DNA of 64,000 bases. Origin: an uncultured virus (IMG/VR IMGVR_UViG_3300037502_002629). Its lineage: Duplodnaviria > Heunggongvirae > Uroviricota > Caudoviricetes. The notes under the pieces are model-generated. The model had not been told where the DNA came from, made no database searches, and saw nothing but the letters and a program-made list of their open reading frames with translations. The stretch lies in IMG/VR virus record IMGVR_UViG_3300037502_002629. One strand, written 5' to 3'. The translations under genes and the position numbers were made by a program. This document shows positions 6,467 through 17,309 of the stretch, piece by piece (the stretch's first letter is position 1; every line of letters begins with the position of its first letter).

Positions 6467-6791
6467 GCAAGAGGTAAAATCTGTTATTGATTTGTACTGG
6501 GATCAGGTACGCAAAACACTCAGTTCACTTGAACATAATAGATTGTTCCTGCGTGGACTGGGTGTATTTTACATTAAGCCATGGGCGTTGGAAAAAAGAC
6601 TTAAAGCCAATGCCACTAAAGTAAGTGGATACATGGATAATCCATCCACCCATGGGCTTGATATGATGAATGAAATATTTAAAGAGAACATTAAACTTGA
6701 GGTAGTAAGAGAACGAGAGTTAGAAGAAAATCGCCAAAAGTTTAAAAAAAGAGATGAAAGACGTAATCAAAATCTGGAAGGAGAAGGGTAA
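6405..6791 (+). CDS. HU/IHF-like DNA-binding protein
   Basis: KELIPQLAKELGLTEQEVKSVIDLYWDQVRKTLS...LFLRGLGVF is an HU/IHF pattern. Likely TTG start at 6405. Confidence 0.7.
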   Translation: MRPKKTKELIPQLAKELGLTEQEVKSVIDLYWDQVRKTLSSLEHNRLFLRGLGVFYIKPWALEKRLKANATKVSGYMDNPSTHGLDMMNEIFKENIKLEVVRERELEENRQKFKKRDERRNQNLEGEG

Positions 6792-7131
6792 GATTCTGGA
6801 AGGTATTAAGAATAATATCTTCAGAAACGCTGATGTCGAACACATTGCAGCAGAGCGCATGAGTATATGCGAGACTTGCCCGTTTATTGATCTTACAGGT
6901 AGCACATGCATGGTTCCAGGTACACAACCCTGTTGTGGAAAATGTGGATGCTCTTTAGCACTCAAAACCAGGGCATTGTCAGCAGCCTGTGATGCTGGCA
7001 AATGGTTGGCTATTGTCTCTCACGAAGAACAAATTATTATTGATCGACATCTGGCAGAAATAGAAAAATCTACAACTGATGAAAATACTATTCGACCAGA
7101 TAACCCACACCTACAAGACAACAGAGAATGA
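6754..7131 (+). CDS. Cys-rich (Zn-binding) hypothetical protein
   Basis: RMSICETCP...CGKCGC...C...KW motif, common in phages. Confidence 0.7.
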   Translation: MKDVIKIWKEKGKILEGIKNNIFRNADVEHIAAERMSICETCPFIDLTGSTCMVPGTQPCCGKCGCSLALKTRALSAACDAGKWLAIVSHEEQIIIDRHLAEIEKSTTDENTIRPDNPHLQDNRE

Positions 7132-7897
7132 TGAATATATAAGTGTAACAAAATTACTGTCAAAATATAAACAGCCCTTTGATCAAATCACTGCTTCTGT
7201 TAAAGCATCACGCAATAAAAAAAGCAAGTGGTATGGAATGAAACCTGAAGAGATTGTCGAGGTCTGGAAAAAAGAATCAGAACGAAGTGTACAATTAGGG
7301 AATTGGTATCACAATCAACGAGAAGCTGATATACTGGAATGTAATTCTATTACCTACGATAATACATTATTGCCTGTATTTCCCTGTTCACACGATGAAA
7401 GCGGAAATAAAATTGCAATAGATCAAAAACTGGATGAAGGGGTATACCCAGAATTTTTACTGTACTTACCCTCAGCGGGTATAGCAGGGCAAAGTGACAG
7501 AATCACCATTGCCAATGGTAAAGTTGATATCCTCGACTATAAAACCAACAAGGAAATCAAAGCCAATTCTTTTAAGAATTACGAAGGTATTTCTCAAAAG
7601 ATGCTATATCCGCTGAATCATCTGGAGGACTGTAACCTGAATCATTACACCATTCAGCTTTCTATTTATATGTACATTGTCCTCAAACACAATCCCCAAT
7701 ACTCACCTGGGAAACTTACGCTGCATCATATCATTTTTCAAGAGGACTTTGATAAAGATCCATATGGTTATCCTATCTACCTTAAAGACAGCGATGGTAA
7801 CTTCATTATTAAAGAAGTTATTCCATACGAAGTACCTTATCTTAAGGATGAGGTTATACAATTAATCCAACACTATAAACTTACCCACCGTGATTAA
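7079..7897 (+). CDS. PD-(D/E)XK exonuclease (RecB/Cas4-like)
   Basis: ISVTKLL, GNWYH, AGQSD...ILDYKT and YTIQLSIY motifs. Confidence 0.85.
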   Translation: MKILFDQITHTYKTTENDEYISVTKLLSKYKQPFDQITASVKASRNKKSKWYGMKPEEIVEVWKKESERSVQLGNWYHNQREADILECNSITYDNTLLPVFPCSHDESGNKIAIDQKLDEGVYPEFLLYLPSAGIAGQSDRITIANGKVDILDYKTNKEIKANSFKNYEGISQKMLYPLNHLEDCNLNHYTIQLSIYMYIVLKHNPQYSPGKLTLHHIIFQEDFDKDPYGYPIYLKDSDGNFIIKEVIPYEVPYLKDEVIQLIQHYKLTHRD

Positions 7898-8402
7898 ATT
7901 ATTTGATGTACATAATAATATAGTGGTGCCCACCGAACATTGCTTCGTATTAAAAGATCTCAAAGCAGTGGTAAAACAATACCCTAATTCCTATATTAAT
8001 GTATTTGCGTATATATTCTATATGACCTGCCCCAATCCAGAATTGAATCCGTTTTTTGATGTGGTGGAAACTGACAAAGAATCTTTAATTCTTAAACAAA
8101 TAGACTGCACGTTTTCCACAGAAGATCAAGTGATAATTGATGCTGTGAAATTCTGCGAAAAACTGTATGAAACTCCTACACTTAGGTCTTACATGGGTAT
8201 TAAAAAAATGCTGGACAGGCTGGCTAAGTATATGGAAACAGCGCCCATCGAAGCTGGTAGGGATGGTAATATTATGGCTTTGGTTAATACGGCGGCCAAG
8301 TTTGAAGACATCAGACAAAGCTTCAAAGGAGCCTACAAAGATTTACTCGAAGAACAACAATCAACTGTTAGAGGAGGACAGCAACTTGCATATGATCAAT
8401 AA
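7890..8402 (+). CDS. conserved phage protein, possible terminase small subunit
   Basis: Helical 170-aa ORF just upstream of terL. Function inferred from position only. Confidence 0.5.
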   Translation: MIKLFDVHNNIVVPTEHCFVLKDLKAVVKQYPNSYINVFAYIFYMTCPNPELNPFFDVVETDKESLILKQIDCTFSTEDQVIIDAVKFCEKLYETPTLRSYMGIKKMLDRLAKYMETAPIEAGRDGNIMALVNTAAKFEDIRQSFKGAYKDLLEEQQSTVRGGQQLAYDQ

Positions 8403-8601
8403 AGAATCTCTCTATGAGTGGGTGTTTCATTACAACCATTACACAGAACTCTGGAGCGCGTTCCAGCGAAAAGACTACGCGCAGTATTTTAACGATCCAT
8501 CTGACCCAAATCTGATGGTGATCAAGTCAAAAGAAGTGAAAACGCTGATAGATATCCTTTATCGTATTAATGGTGATGAAAATAAAATCGCTGAACTATA
8601 A
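8392..8601 (+). CDS. hypothetical protein
   Basis: Start MINKESLYEWVFHYN at 8392. Stop overlaps the terL start. Confidence 0.65.
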   Translation: MINKESLYEWVFHYNHYTELWSAFQRKDYAQYFNDPSDPNLMVIKSKEVKTLIDILYRINGDENKIAEL

Positions 8602-10811
8602 TGGAGCTATTTATCAAAATACCCACATATGATGTCCAAACAGAAGTATGGTCGCACACAATGTTCACAACCAGGAACGAATTTGTGCAGTTCTTACAAG
8701 GAATATTTAAAGAACCTGGAAAGTATGAATTTGACCAAACCAGTCTGCTCTTTAACTCCCAAGCCAGACAATTCAACAAGCACAAATTCTACTGTGCCGC
8801 CCCCATCAGATCAAGAGATTATATCCAGTATTGGGACTTTGAAAAAGAAAAGTGCAGGATGGGTGTTATATTCAAGAATAAAGAAAAGACTTGGTATCTC
8901 ACTCGGGATTATTACATGTGGCTCAACTTTCTTCCGATCTACAATAAAGAGATTGCGAGGTTTGGTTTCCCAGATGTAAGGGATGCACAGTATCACATGG
9001 CTCTGTATGAGGATCTTGCCAAGTACAGTTATAAACATGTGGCTATCCTTAAGAAACGTCAGATAGCATCCAGCTACTTCCATGCTGCCAAGATGATCAA
9101 TGGATTTTGGTTTGAAGAAGGCTGGATCAATAAGATAGCTGCCTCCCTAAAGGATTACATTAACGAGAAAGGAACATGGCGTTTTCTGGATGAATATCGA
9201 AACTTTCTCAATACACATACTGCATGGTATCGCCCCACTCAACCAGATAAGACTTTCAACTGGGAACAAAAGATTGAGATTTCTCAGGGTGGCAGAAAGA
9301 AAGATGTAGGATTGAAGTCAGTGATGATCGGTGTTACATTAGAGAAAGATCCTACCAATGGTGTGGGTGGTCCATGCTCATTCTTCTTTCATGAAGAAGC
9401 TGGGATTGCACCACGCATGAATGAAACGTTGGAGTATCTCCTGCCAGCACTTAAATCAGGTATGATATACACAGGTATGTTTGCAGTGGCAGGATCTGTG
9501 GGTGACCTTGATCAGTGTGAACCCCTGCGGGATATAATTATGAATCCTGACTCAAAAGATGTTTTGGCTGTTTCCACTAATCTGCTAAATGAAAATGGTG
9601 ACATTGGAACCTGCGGTCTCTTCATACCAGAGCAATGGAGCATGATTCCATGCATTGATGAGTATGGAAATTCTCAGGTGGAAGATGCTTTGGACATGAT
9701 CCTGGAAGAACGCAAGAAGTGGAAAAAAGATCTTAAAAGCAATGATTATCAACTTCGTGTATCACAAAAGCCTATCAATATTGAAGAGGCATTTGCGTAT
9801 AGGAAGTCTTCAGTATGGCCCCTCCATTTGATCACTGGTCAAATGAGAAGAATAGAGGACAAAGAATATTACTGTGAGGCTGTCGAACTGATATATAATG
9901 ATAAAGGTGAGATAGAGGCAAAGCCAACCAAGCGTTTGCCTATCATGGAATTCCCTCTTTCTCCTAAGACAGAGAACAAGGAGGGGGCCATATTGATGTG
10001 GGAAAAACCAGTGAAAGATGCACCCTGGGGTACATATTATGCATCCATTGACCCAGTGGGTGAAGGAAAAACAACGACCTCAGAATCATTGTGCAGTATA
10101 TTTGTATATAAGACACCACTGCAAATTACTAAACGAAAAGCAGATGGTAGTGTTGAAAATCATATTGAACAAGATCAACTAGTGGCCTCCTGGTGTGGGC
10201 GATATGATGATATTAATAAAACCCACGAACTTCTTGAAAAACTCATTGAGTATTACGGGGCATGGACAATAGTGGAGAACAACATCTCTCTATTCATCCA
10301 GCACATGATACACAAAAAGAAACAGAAGTATCTGGTGCCTAAGTCCCAAATCCTGTTTTTAAAAGATCTGGGTTCTAACAATAATGTATTTCAGGAATAT
10401 GGGTGGCGTAATACAGGTACGCTATTTAAATCACATCTCATATCTTATGGTATTAACTTCCTTACCGAAGAGTTGGACGTGGAAACTAAACCCGATGGTA
10501 CAATTGTTAAAACCACCTATGGCATAGAACGAATCAAAGATCCTGTACTTCTCAAAGAGATGCAACAATATAGAGAAGGTCTGAACGTGGATAGACTGGT
10601 GGCTTTTTGTGCTTTAGTGGCGTTCGCCAAGGTGCAACAATCCAATAGAGGATATGCTCACAAAGTTGAAACTGAAACAAAACTGGGGCAAAACGCTAAA
10701 AAGTCAGATAATTTGAGTAAATTAAATATGAGCCCTTTTCGTAATTTAGGCAAACCCATGTCTAGTAACAAAGATAAAGTAGTAAGACAAGCATTTAGAA
10801 ATTTAAAATAA
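8601..10811 (+). CDS. terL: terminase large subunit
   Basis: Walker A-like KKRQIASSY, Walker B FFHEEAG, RNase H-like ASIDP, VENN and NVDRLVA. Precedes portal. Confidence 0.92.
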   Translation: MELFIKIPTYDVQTEVWSHTMFTTRNEFVQFLQGIFKEPGKYEFDQTSLLFNSQARQFNKHKFYCAAPIRSRDYIQYWDFEKEKCRMGVIFKNKEKTWYLTRDYYMWLNFLPIYNKEIARFGFPDVRDAQYHMALYEDLAKYSYKHVAILKKRQIASSYFHAAKMINGFWFEEGWINKIAASLKDYINEKGTWRFLDEYRNFLNTHTAWYRPTQPDKTFNWEQKIEISQGGRKKDVGLKSVMIGVTLEKDPTNGVGGPCSFFFHEEAGIAPRMNETLEYLLPALKSGMIYTGMFAVAGSVGDLDQCEPLRDIIMNPDSKDVLAVSTNLLNENGDIGTCGLFIPEQWSMIPCIDEYGNSQVEDALDMILEERKKWKKDLKSNDYQLRVSQKPINIEEAFAYRKSSVWPLHLITGQMRRIEDKEYYCEAVELIYNDKGEIEAKPTKRLPIMEFPLSPKTENKEGAILMWEKPVKDAPWGTYYASIDPVGEGKTTTSESLCSIFVYKTPLQITKRKADGSVENHIEQDQLVASWCGRYDDINKTHELLEKLIEYYGAWTIVENNISLFIQHMIHKKKQKYLVPKSQILFLKDLGSNNNVFQEYGWRNTGTLFKSHLISYGINFLTEELDVETKPDGTIVKTTYGIERIKDPVLLKEMQQYREGLNVDRLVAFCALVAFAKVQQSNRGYAHKVETETKLGQNAKKSDNLSKLNMSPFRNLGKPMSSNKDKVVRQAFRNLK

Positions 10812-10818
10812 TAGAGTT

Positions 10819-13548
10819 ATGGCCTTAGTAATCAACGCAATGCAAGCGAAGGCTGGTGTGAAAACAGATCACACCAGGATGGGCACACTCACCCAGCCTC
10901 TTCAGTTTTTACCCAAAGCTCAGAAAGATGGTGAGTGGGGTGCATGGAATATGGATTGGTTTGAGATGGAAGGTCTGCGTCAGATCAGAAGGAATGCGCG
11001 TAAACTTCTTAAAAACTATAAACTCGCCAATGGCATCATTGATCGAACAGACTATGTAGTAGAAGAAGATAATGAATATGCTGATCTGATTGAGACCCTC
11101 ACGCGCGAGGATGCTTCAGCGCTGGAATTAAAGTTTTATCCCATCATCCCTAATGTAATTAATGTAATGTGTGGGGAGTTTGCAAAGCGTACGGATAAAG
11201 TACAGTACGTAGCCACTGATCCACTAAGCTTTAATGAAATGCTCGAAGAAAAACGAGCAATGGTTGAGCAAACATTGGTGCAACAAGCGGAGATGAAACT
11301 GGCTATGAACCTGATCAATCAGGGTGCAGATCCAGAGTCAGAGGAATTTAAACAAGCACTCTCTCCTGAAAACATCAAATCTCTTCCTGAAATCGAACAG
11401 TTTTTCAAGAAAAATTATCGATCCCTTGTTGAGCAATGGGCTAACCATCAACACGAGGCTGATACTGAGCGTTTTAAAATTAAAGAACTGGAGAACCGTG
11501 CTTTCAGGGATATGCTTACCACTGATCGTGAGTTTTGGCATTTTAACATGTTTGAGGACGATTATGATGTAGAATTATGGAACCCTATTCTCACATTTTA
11601 TCATAAGTCTCCTGACATCAGGTATATTTCCCAGGGTAATTTTGTAGGTAAAATTGAACTGCATACTGTCTCTGATATTATAGACAGGTATGGATATTTA
11701 ATGAACGATGAACAACTTAGATCACTTGAAGCAATCTACCCTAAAAAAGCTGCGGGGTATCCTATCCAAGGTTATCAAAATGATGGCACTTATTATGATG
11801 GCACCCGTTCTCATCAGTGGAATGTTACTGGGCCTAGTCTTGGGTTTCGTCAGTTTACTTCTGTTAATGATTATTTCCTTGCTGCTGGTGATGATATTAT
11901 TACCAGGATTCTTAATGAAAGTGAAGACCTCCAGGACTTCGGTACCTACCAACTACTCAGGGTCACCACCGTCTACTGGAAATCACAGCGAATGGTAGGT
12001 CATCTGACCAAGATTGATCCAGAAACAGGGATGAAGTTTCATGAGGTAGTTACAGAAGATTATCAGATTACTGTACCGCCTGTATATGATACCAAAGTCA
12101 ACAAGACTAAGGATGAAAATACATTAGTACAGGGTGAGCATATCAAATGGATCTGGATTAATCAGGTGTGGGGTGGATTGAAAGTAGGACCCAATAGACC
12201 TAGCTTCTACGGTAATGCAGACTATATGGGAATACAACCTATTTATCTGAACATTAAACCCGTTAAGTTTCAGTTCAAAGGTGATTACACTTTATATGGA
12301 TGTAAGCTTCCTGTAGAAGGGTCAGTATTTTCTGATCGCAATTCGCGTTCTGTATCGCTGGTGGATAAGATGAAACCATTCCAGGTAGGATACAATCTAG
12401 TGAATAATCAGATTTCAGATATTTTAATTGATGAGTTAGGCACTGTTATTCTGCTTGATCATAATGCTTTACCTAAACATTCTGCGGGTGAAGACTGGGG
12501 TAAGAACAACTATGCTAAAGCATATGTAGCCATGAAGAACTTCCAGATGTTACCACTGGACACTTCTATTGCAAATACAGAATCGGCTCTAGGGTTTAAT
12601 CACTATCAAGTGTTAAATCTTGAACAGACCCAGCGTATGATGAGCAGGATTCAATTGGCTAATTACTTTAAGCAGCAGGCTTACGAAGTAATTGGTATTA
12701 CTCCTCAGCGCATGGGGCAGGTTAATTCTCAAGAAACAGCCACGGGTATTGAGCAATCAATTAACGCAAGTTATTCTCAGACAGAAATGTATTTTGTGCA
12801 ACATTCAGAATATCTGATGCCGCGGGTGCATCAGATGCGCACTGATTTGGCGCAGTATTACCACTCCAATCGTCCTAGCGTAAGACTCTCCTACATGACT
12901 ACTTTAGATGAGAAGGTAAACTTTGAACTCAACGGTACTGAATTATTATCCAGAGAACTTAATGTGTTTGTCACCACTAAAGTAAATCATAAACAAGTGA
13001 TGGAACAGATTAAACAACTGGCAGTACAAAATAACACAGCAGGTGCGTCTATCTATGATTTAGCAGAGATTGTAAAAGCTGATTCTATGTCAGAGGTTAC
13101 ACATGTATTGAAAACAATACAGGACAAAACTGAAATGCAGCGTCAACAGGAAATGCAACAGCAACAAAGCTTGCAGCAACAACAGCTACAGGCACAACAG
13201 CAAATGCTGGAATCTAAGCAGAAGTTTGAAGCTGAGCAAAATGCACTTAACAGGCAGACACAAATTGATGTGGCTGAAATCAAAGGTGCGGGTTATCAGG
13301 TAGGTGACCAGAATCAAAACCAGCAATCTGATTACCTGGATTCCTTACAGTACTTAGATAAAAAACGCCAGGCAGATGAAACCATAGCTCTCAAACGAGA
13401 ACAAGAGGTAAACAAAAACAATCGCGACGCCCAATCTTTGAACTTAAAACGCGAAGAGTTAAACACCCGCAAAGAGATTGCAAACAAACAATTGGAAGTA
13501 GCTAAGGAAAACAAAAACAAATACGATAAAAAATCTAAAAAAGAATAG
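10819..13548 (+). CDS. portal protein
   Basis: 909 aa after terL, podovirus portal features (GITPQRMGQ...TATG), Gln-rich coiled C-terminus. crAss-like gene order. Confidence 0.88.
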   Translation: MALVINAMQAKAGVKTDHTRMGTLTQPLQFLPKAQKDGEWGAWNMDWFEMEGLRQIRRNARKLLKNYKLANGIIDRTDYVVEEDNEYADLIETLTREDASALELKFYPIIPNVINVMCGEFAKRTDKVQYVATDPLSFNEMLEEKRAMVEQTLVQQAEMKLAMNLINQGADPESEEFKQALSPENIKSLPEIEQFFKKNYRSLVEQWANHQHEADTERFKIKELENRAFRDMLTTDREFWHFNMFEDDYDVELWNPILTFYHKSPDIRYISQGNFVGKIELHTVSDIIDRYGYLMNDEQLRSLEAIYPKKAAGYPIQGYQNDGTYYDGTRSHQWNVTGPSLGFRQFTSVNDYFLAAGDDIITRILNESEDLQDFGTYQLLRVTTVYWKSQRMVGHLTKIDPETGMKFHEVVTEDYQITVPPVYDTKVNKTKDENTLVQGEHIKWIWINQVWGGLKVGPNRPSFYGNADYMGIQPIYLNIKPVKFQFKGDYTLYGCKLPVEGSVFSDRNSRSVSLVDKMKPFQVGYNLVNNQISDILIDELGTVILLDHNALPKHSAGEDWGKNNYAKAYVAMKNFQMLPLDTSIANTESALGFNHYQVLNLEQTQRMMSRIQLANYFKQQAYEVIGITPQRMGQVNSQETATGIEQSINASYSQTEMYFVQHSEYLMPRVHQMRTDLAQYYHSNRPSVRLSYMTTLDEKVNFELNGTELLSRELNVFVTTKVNHKQVMEQIKQLAVQNNTAGASIYDLAEIVKADSMSEVTHVLKTIQDKTEMQRQQEMQQQQSLQQQQLQAQQQMLESKQKFEAEQNALNRQTQIDVAEIKGAGYQVGDQNQNQQSDYLDSLQYLDKKRQADETIALKREQEVNKNNRDAQSLNLKREELNTRKEIANKQLEVAKENKNKYDKKSKKE

Positions 13549-13649
13549 TGTTATAATACGCTGAATTTTTTAGAATCTTTAGCTGCATAACCTTTTAAAG
13601 TTTAAAATTGCATATATTATAATAGGAAGACAATCAAAACCAACTAAAT

Positions 13650-14867
13650 ATGTCAACCAACGACACAAGTACCCAGGACATTAACCTGGATGAGTTCTTA
13701 CCAATGCCAGGAGCCGATGATATTCTAACTGCTCCAGAAAACACTAAAAATACAGTCTTTTCTAAAACCAAGGATATTGATACTAGTTTTCTTGATGCTA
13801 AGAAAACACAGGAAGAATCCAAAGACGAGTCCAAGAGCGAGCAAAAACCTCAGGATATTGAAGAGGTAAAAAAAGTGGTGGATGAGATCGTAGCCTTAGA
13901 TCAGGCTACAGATGAGGTCAAAACTGGAAATGGTCGTCCTAAGCTGGACAAGTCTGGGTTAGTAGAAACATTCTCAAAACTTATTGAGGATGGCCTTATA
14001 GTACCATTTGACGATGAAAAGTCAATGGATGAATACTCAATCAAAGACTGGAAGGAACTCCTCCAGGCAAACTTTGAAGACAGAGAAAATAAAATTAAGC
14101 AGGAAGTACCTGCATCGTTCTTTGATAGTTTACCAAATGAACTCAAGTATGCATATAAGTATATAGCAGATGGAGGTCAAGATCTAAAAGGTCTGTTCAA
14201 AGCGCTCTCCCATGTAGAAGAGGTGCGGTCACTGGATCCCAGTGATGATAATGACCAGGAATTAATTGCACGTCAATATCTTAGAGCCACACAGTTTGGA
14301 TCAGAAGATGAAATTGATGAGGAAATTAATACATGGAAAGATCTGGGGACGCTGGGTAAAAAGGCAACTCAGTTCAAACCCAAGCTGGATAAGATGCAGG
14401 AAGAAGTTGTGCAATACCAGCTTCAACAGCAACAGCAATTTAAACAGCAACAACAGGAAGCAGCCCAGCAATATGTCGATAACGTTTATCACACCTTAAA
14501 ACAAGGCGAAATAAACGGTGTCAGATTGGACAAAAAAACCCAGGCATTCCTGTTCAATGAACTTACTCAACCAAAATATGAATCTATGCAGGGTCGTAAT
14601 ACAAACCTGCTTGGACATTTGCTGGAACGATATCAGTTTATTGAACCCCGATATGATTTGATTGCCGAAGCTCTCTGGCTCTTAGCTGATCCAGATGGCT
14701 ACAAAAATCAGATCAGAACAATTGCTAAAAGCGAAGCTACGCAAGAAACTGTGCGTAAATTAAAGACAGAGGAATCCCGTAAGATCCCAACGTCTGTTAC
14801 AGAAGAAAGCGAAGAACAGCCACAGCGGAGAAAATTGCCAAGAGCACAAAATATATTCAAACGATAA
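13650..14867 (+). CDS. putative capsid scaffolding protein
   Basis: Acidic, helical protein between portal and MCP. Confidence 0.6.
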   Translation: MSTNDTSTQDINLDEFLPMPGADDILTAPENTKNTVFSKTKDIDTSFLDAKKTQEESKDESKSEQKPQDIEEVKKVVDEIVALDQATDEVKTGNGRPKLDKSGLVETFSKLIEDGLIVPFDDEKSMDEYSIKDWKELLQANFEDRENKIKQEVPASFFDSLPNELKYAYKYIADGGQDLKGLFKALSHVEEVRSLDPSDDNDQELIARQYLRATQFGSEDEIDEEINTWKDLGTLGKKATQFKPKLDKMQEEVVQYQLQQQQQFKQQQQEAAQQYVDNVYHTLKQGEINGVRLDKKTQAFLFNELTQPKYESMQGRNTNLLGHLLERYQFIEPRYDLIAEALWLLADPDGYKNQIRTIAKSEATQETVRKLKTEESRKIPTSVTEESEEQPQRRKLPRAQNIFKR

Positions 14868-14900
14868 CAAACAAACCAAAACAATAATTAATCTAGAAAA

Positions 14901-16529
14901 ATGGCTACACCAGTTTTAAACAATGGCCTATTCTTGCGTGATACGCAGTATCAAGCAAGTTCACATGTTGACAGTTACCATCTTGTCAATATGCTGCGGG
15001 GCACAGAACCGATGGATATGGGTCCAGTTGACCTTTGGGCAATGGCTCAAAAAGTAGAAATGCCGCTCTATCAGATGGCATCATTTGGAGGTAAAAACAC
15101 TATTCTTGTAGACAATCCACGCGGTGAATACAAGTGGCAAACTCCTGTAGTTCAAGATCTTCCATATATTGTGGAAAATCTGGAGACCTCAGAAGGTGGC
15201 GTAGGAGCAGACGGTGTAACTTTTAAAATCAAACTCAACAAGCGTATTTTCGGTCATGGTGATATCATCACCTACGATAAGTACAATGGTATGGAACTTT
15301 ACATCACAGCGGATGATATCATCCCTGCTGGTGACGGTTTCATCTATACTGTACAGTTGGTGAACAATGATAACACAGCTTCATTGTCATCTTCGTACAT
15401 GGAGCCAGGAACTAAATACTTCAGAAAAGGTTCTGCTCGCGGTGAATACGGTGAGCGTTTTTCTGATATTATGGTTCAAACTGGTTTTCGTGAGTACTAC
15501 AACTACGTAGGTGGTGCTGAAGCTCACGTGCACTATTCTATCTCTTCTCGCGCAGAGTTGATGATGAAAGGTGGCTTGAATGCTGATGGAACAATCCCTG
15601 TGACTGAGATCTGGCGTATGTTTGACAAGCAAGCTGACCCTTCTATTACCAGTCTTGAAACAATGGTTTCCAAGATGGGTAAGGAGTATGTAAAGCGTGC
15701 ATATGACAATGGTACACTCACTCGTTCCTTTGTTACAGCACTTGAAGCTGCCCACCTTACTAAAGTAGCTACAGACATCGAAACCTACTTGATGTGGGGA
15801 CAAGGTGGACGCATTAAGCAAGATGGTCCAGATGATATCCGCCTTTCTGTGGGTCTGTGGCGTCAGCTTGACAATGCTTATAAGCGTATCTACAACAAAG
15901 GCCAATTCTCTCTTGAATTGTTCCGCGCTGAGATCTTCAACTTCTACAATGGTAAGGTTGAGTTCAAAGGACCAGATCCTAATCGTCAGCTGATTGTTCA
16001 GACTGGTATGGGTGGTATGAAGATGGTGAACGAAGCTATCAAGCGTGAAGCCATTTCTGCTGGTCTTGTAATCAACGCTGGTAATGGAGGCAATGGTATT
16101 GGAGCGATTTCTGGAACTAATGCAATGGATCTGAACTTCGGATTTGCATTCACCAGCTACACTATTCCATTCCTGGCAAACGTGAAGTTTGTATTGAATC
16201 CTGCCTTTGACAACGTACATACCAATGACATTGAGAATCCGATGATCGATGGTTATCCGCTGTCTTCGTACAACTACATTATCTTTGATATCACTGATAA
16301 CACTAACGACAACATCTTCCTGCTCAAACTTAGCTGGGATAATCAGTTGAAGTGGTTCTATCAGAATGGTACCATGGATTACATGGGTCGTACGGGATTC
16401 CAATCCAATGGTCAGTTCAATGGTTATCGTGTATATATGACACAGACTATGCCTGCTATCTGGGTAAAAGATCCTACCAAAGTGTTGAAGATTGTAATGC
16501 GCAATCCGATCACAGGAGGCTCATTCTAA
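14901..16529 (+). CDS. major capsid protein
   Basis: 542 aa, crAss-like position, biased codon usage suggesting high expression, followed by a terminator. Confidence 0.85.
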   Translation: MATPVLNNGLFLRDTQYQASSHVDSYHLVNMLRGTEPMDMGPVDLWAMAQKVEMPLYQMASFGGKNTILVDNPRGEYKWQTPVVQDLPYIVENLETSEGGVGADGVTFKIKLNKRIFGHGDIITYDKYNGMELYITADDIIPAGDGFIYTVQLVNNDNTASLSSSYMEPGTKYFRKGSARGEYGERFSDIMVQTGFREYYNYVGGAEAHVHYSISSRAELMMKGGLNADGTIPVTEIWRMFDKQADPSITSLETMVSKMGKEYVKRAYDNGTLTRSFVTALEAAHLTKVATDIETYLMWGQGGRIKQDGPDDIRLSVGLWRQLDNAYKRIYNKGQFSLELFRAEIFNFYNGKVEFKGPDPNRQLIVQTGMGGMKMVNEAIKREAISAGLVINAGNGGNGIGAISGTNAMDLNFGFAFTSYTIPFLANVKFVLNPAFDNVHTNDIENPMIDGYPLSSYNYIIFDITDNTNDNIFLLKLSWDNQLKWFYQNGTMDYMGRTGFQSNGQFNGYRVYMTQTMPAIWVKDPTKVLKIVMRNPITGGSF

Positions 16530-16540
16530 ACATTCAAATA

Positions 16541-16574
16541 AAGAAGGGGGAAGCTATTAAGCTTCCCCCCTTTT
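16541..16574 (+). terminator. intrinsic terminator
   Basis: AAGGGGGAAGCT-ATTA-AGCTTCCCCCC followed by TTTTT. Confidence 0.85.
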
Positions 16575-16598
16575 TAATCATTTTAAAAACAATAAATT

Positions 16599-17027
16599 AT
16601 GGCAATCTACCCTCCTGGACCATTAAAATTTGTTTGGCAATATCTAAGTTCAACTCTGTCTAACTTTAAAGTTAAGTTATTGGGATATAGAACATATAGA
16701 GCACTACTCACCCAAAGCGGATTATCAGTAGCTCCAACCGCAATAGTATTAGAAAATACAATTGATCCGACATTAACCTGGACAGTTGGAGGATCTGGTG
16801 AATATTATATTAATTGTCAAAGCCCAGCATTTAAAGATCCATCTAAAGTGGCAGTAAGCATTGGTCTTTCTGCAGCATCAGGAGGTATAGGAAGTGCTTA
16901 TGGATTTTTTGCTAACTATGAAATTTCATCCCCCACTGATTTGGGATTGTATACTACAGACCCGACAATATTTCCAATTGATAGTGTATTAGCCAATACT
17001 GAGTTTACTATAAAGATATATCTTTAA
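16599..17027 (+). CDS. putative virion protein
   Basis: Beta-rich ORF after MCP. Confidence 0.65.
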   Translation: MAIYPPGPLKFVWQYLSSTLSNFKVKLLGYRTYRALLTQSGLSVAPTAIVLENTIDPTLTWTVGGSGEYYINCQSPAFKDPSKVAVSIGLSAASGGIGSAYGFFANYEISSPTDLGLYTTDPTIFPIDSVLANTEFTIKIYL

Positions 17028-17047
17028 CCAATTAATTCAATCAAGGC

Positions 17048-17308
17048 ATGAACACAATTAAACTATATGAAGTTGGTGATGGTAGTCAAGTTATACAGCT
17101 TACTCCTACATTACAATATCATCTGCTAAATGGAGCTGTGTTACGATCAAATATTACTGTGGAAAATCTTCCAGAAGCTGTATTTGATATTAACACTCAG
17201 GTTCTAATTTCAAACGCTGTAGCAAGCGTTGAAAAACTTGTTTGTAATAAAGAATCATTAGAAATTTTAATGTCATTAATCCAAGAAAAAATAGAAGACT
17301 TCGACTAA
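17048..17308 (+). CDS. hypothetical protein
   Basis: 86-aa ORF in operon. Confidence 0.6.
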   Translation: MNTIKLYEVGDGSQVIQLTPTLQYHLLNGAVLRSNITVENLPEAVFDINTQVLISNAVASVEKLVCNKESLEILMSLIQEKIEDFD

Positions 17309-17309
17309 C

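Noticed and set aside
7079..7897. Cas4 as part of a CRISPR system
   Set aside because: Stand-alone PD-(D/E)XK nuclease without the Cas4 Fe-S cysteine cluster; no array or other cas genes.
15387..16403. 338-aa antisense ORF within MCP, and other short shadow ORFs in the late block
   Set aside because: Explained by codon bias of the sense gene; no independent signals.
8601..16529. Introns or inteins in terminase, portal or MCP
   Set aside because: ORFs are uninterrupted and of ordinary size; no splicing or homing-endonuclease motifs seen.
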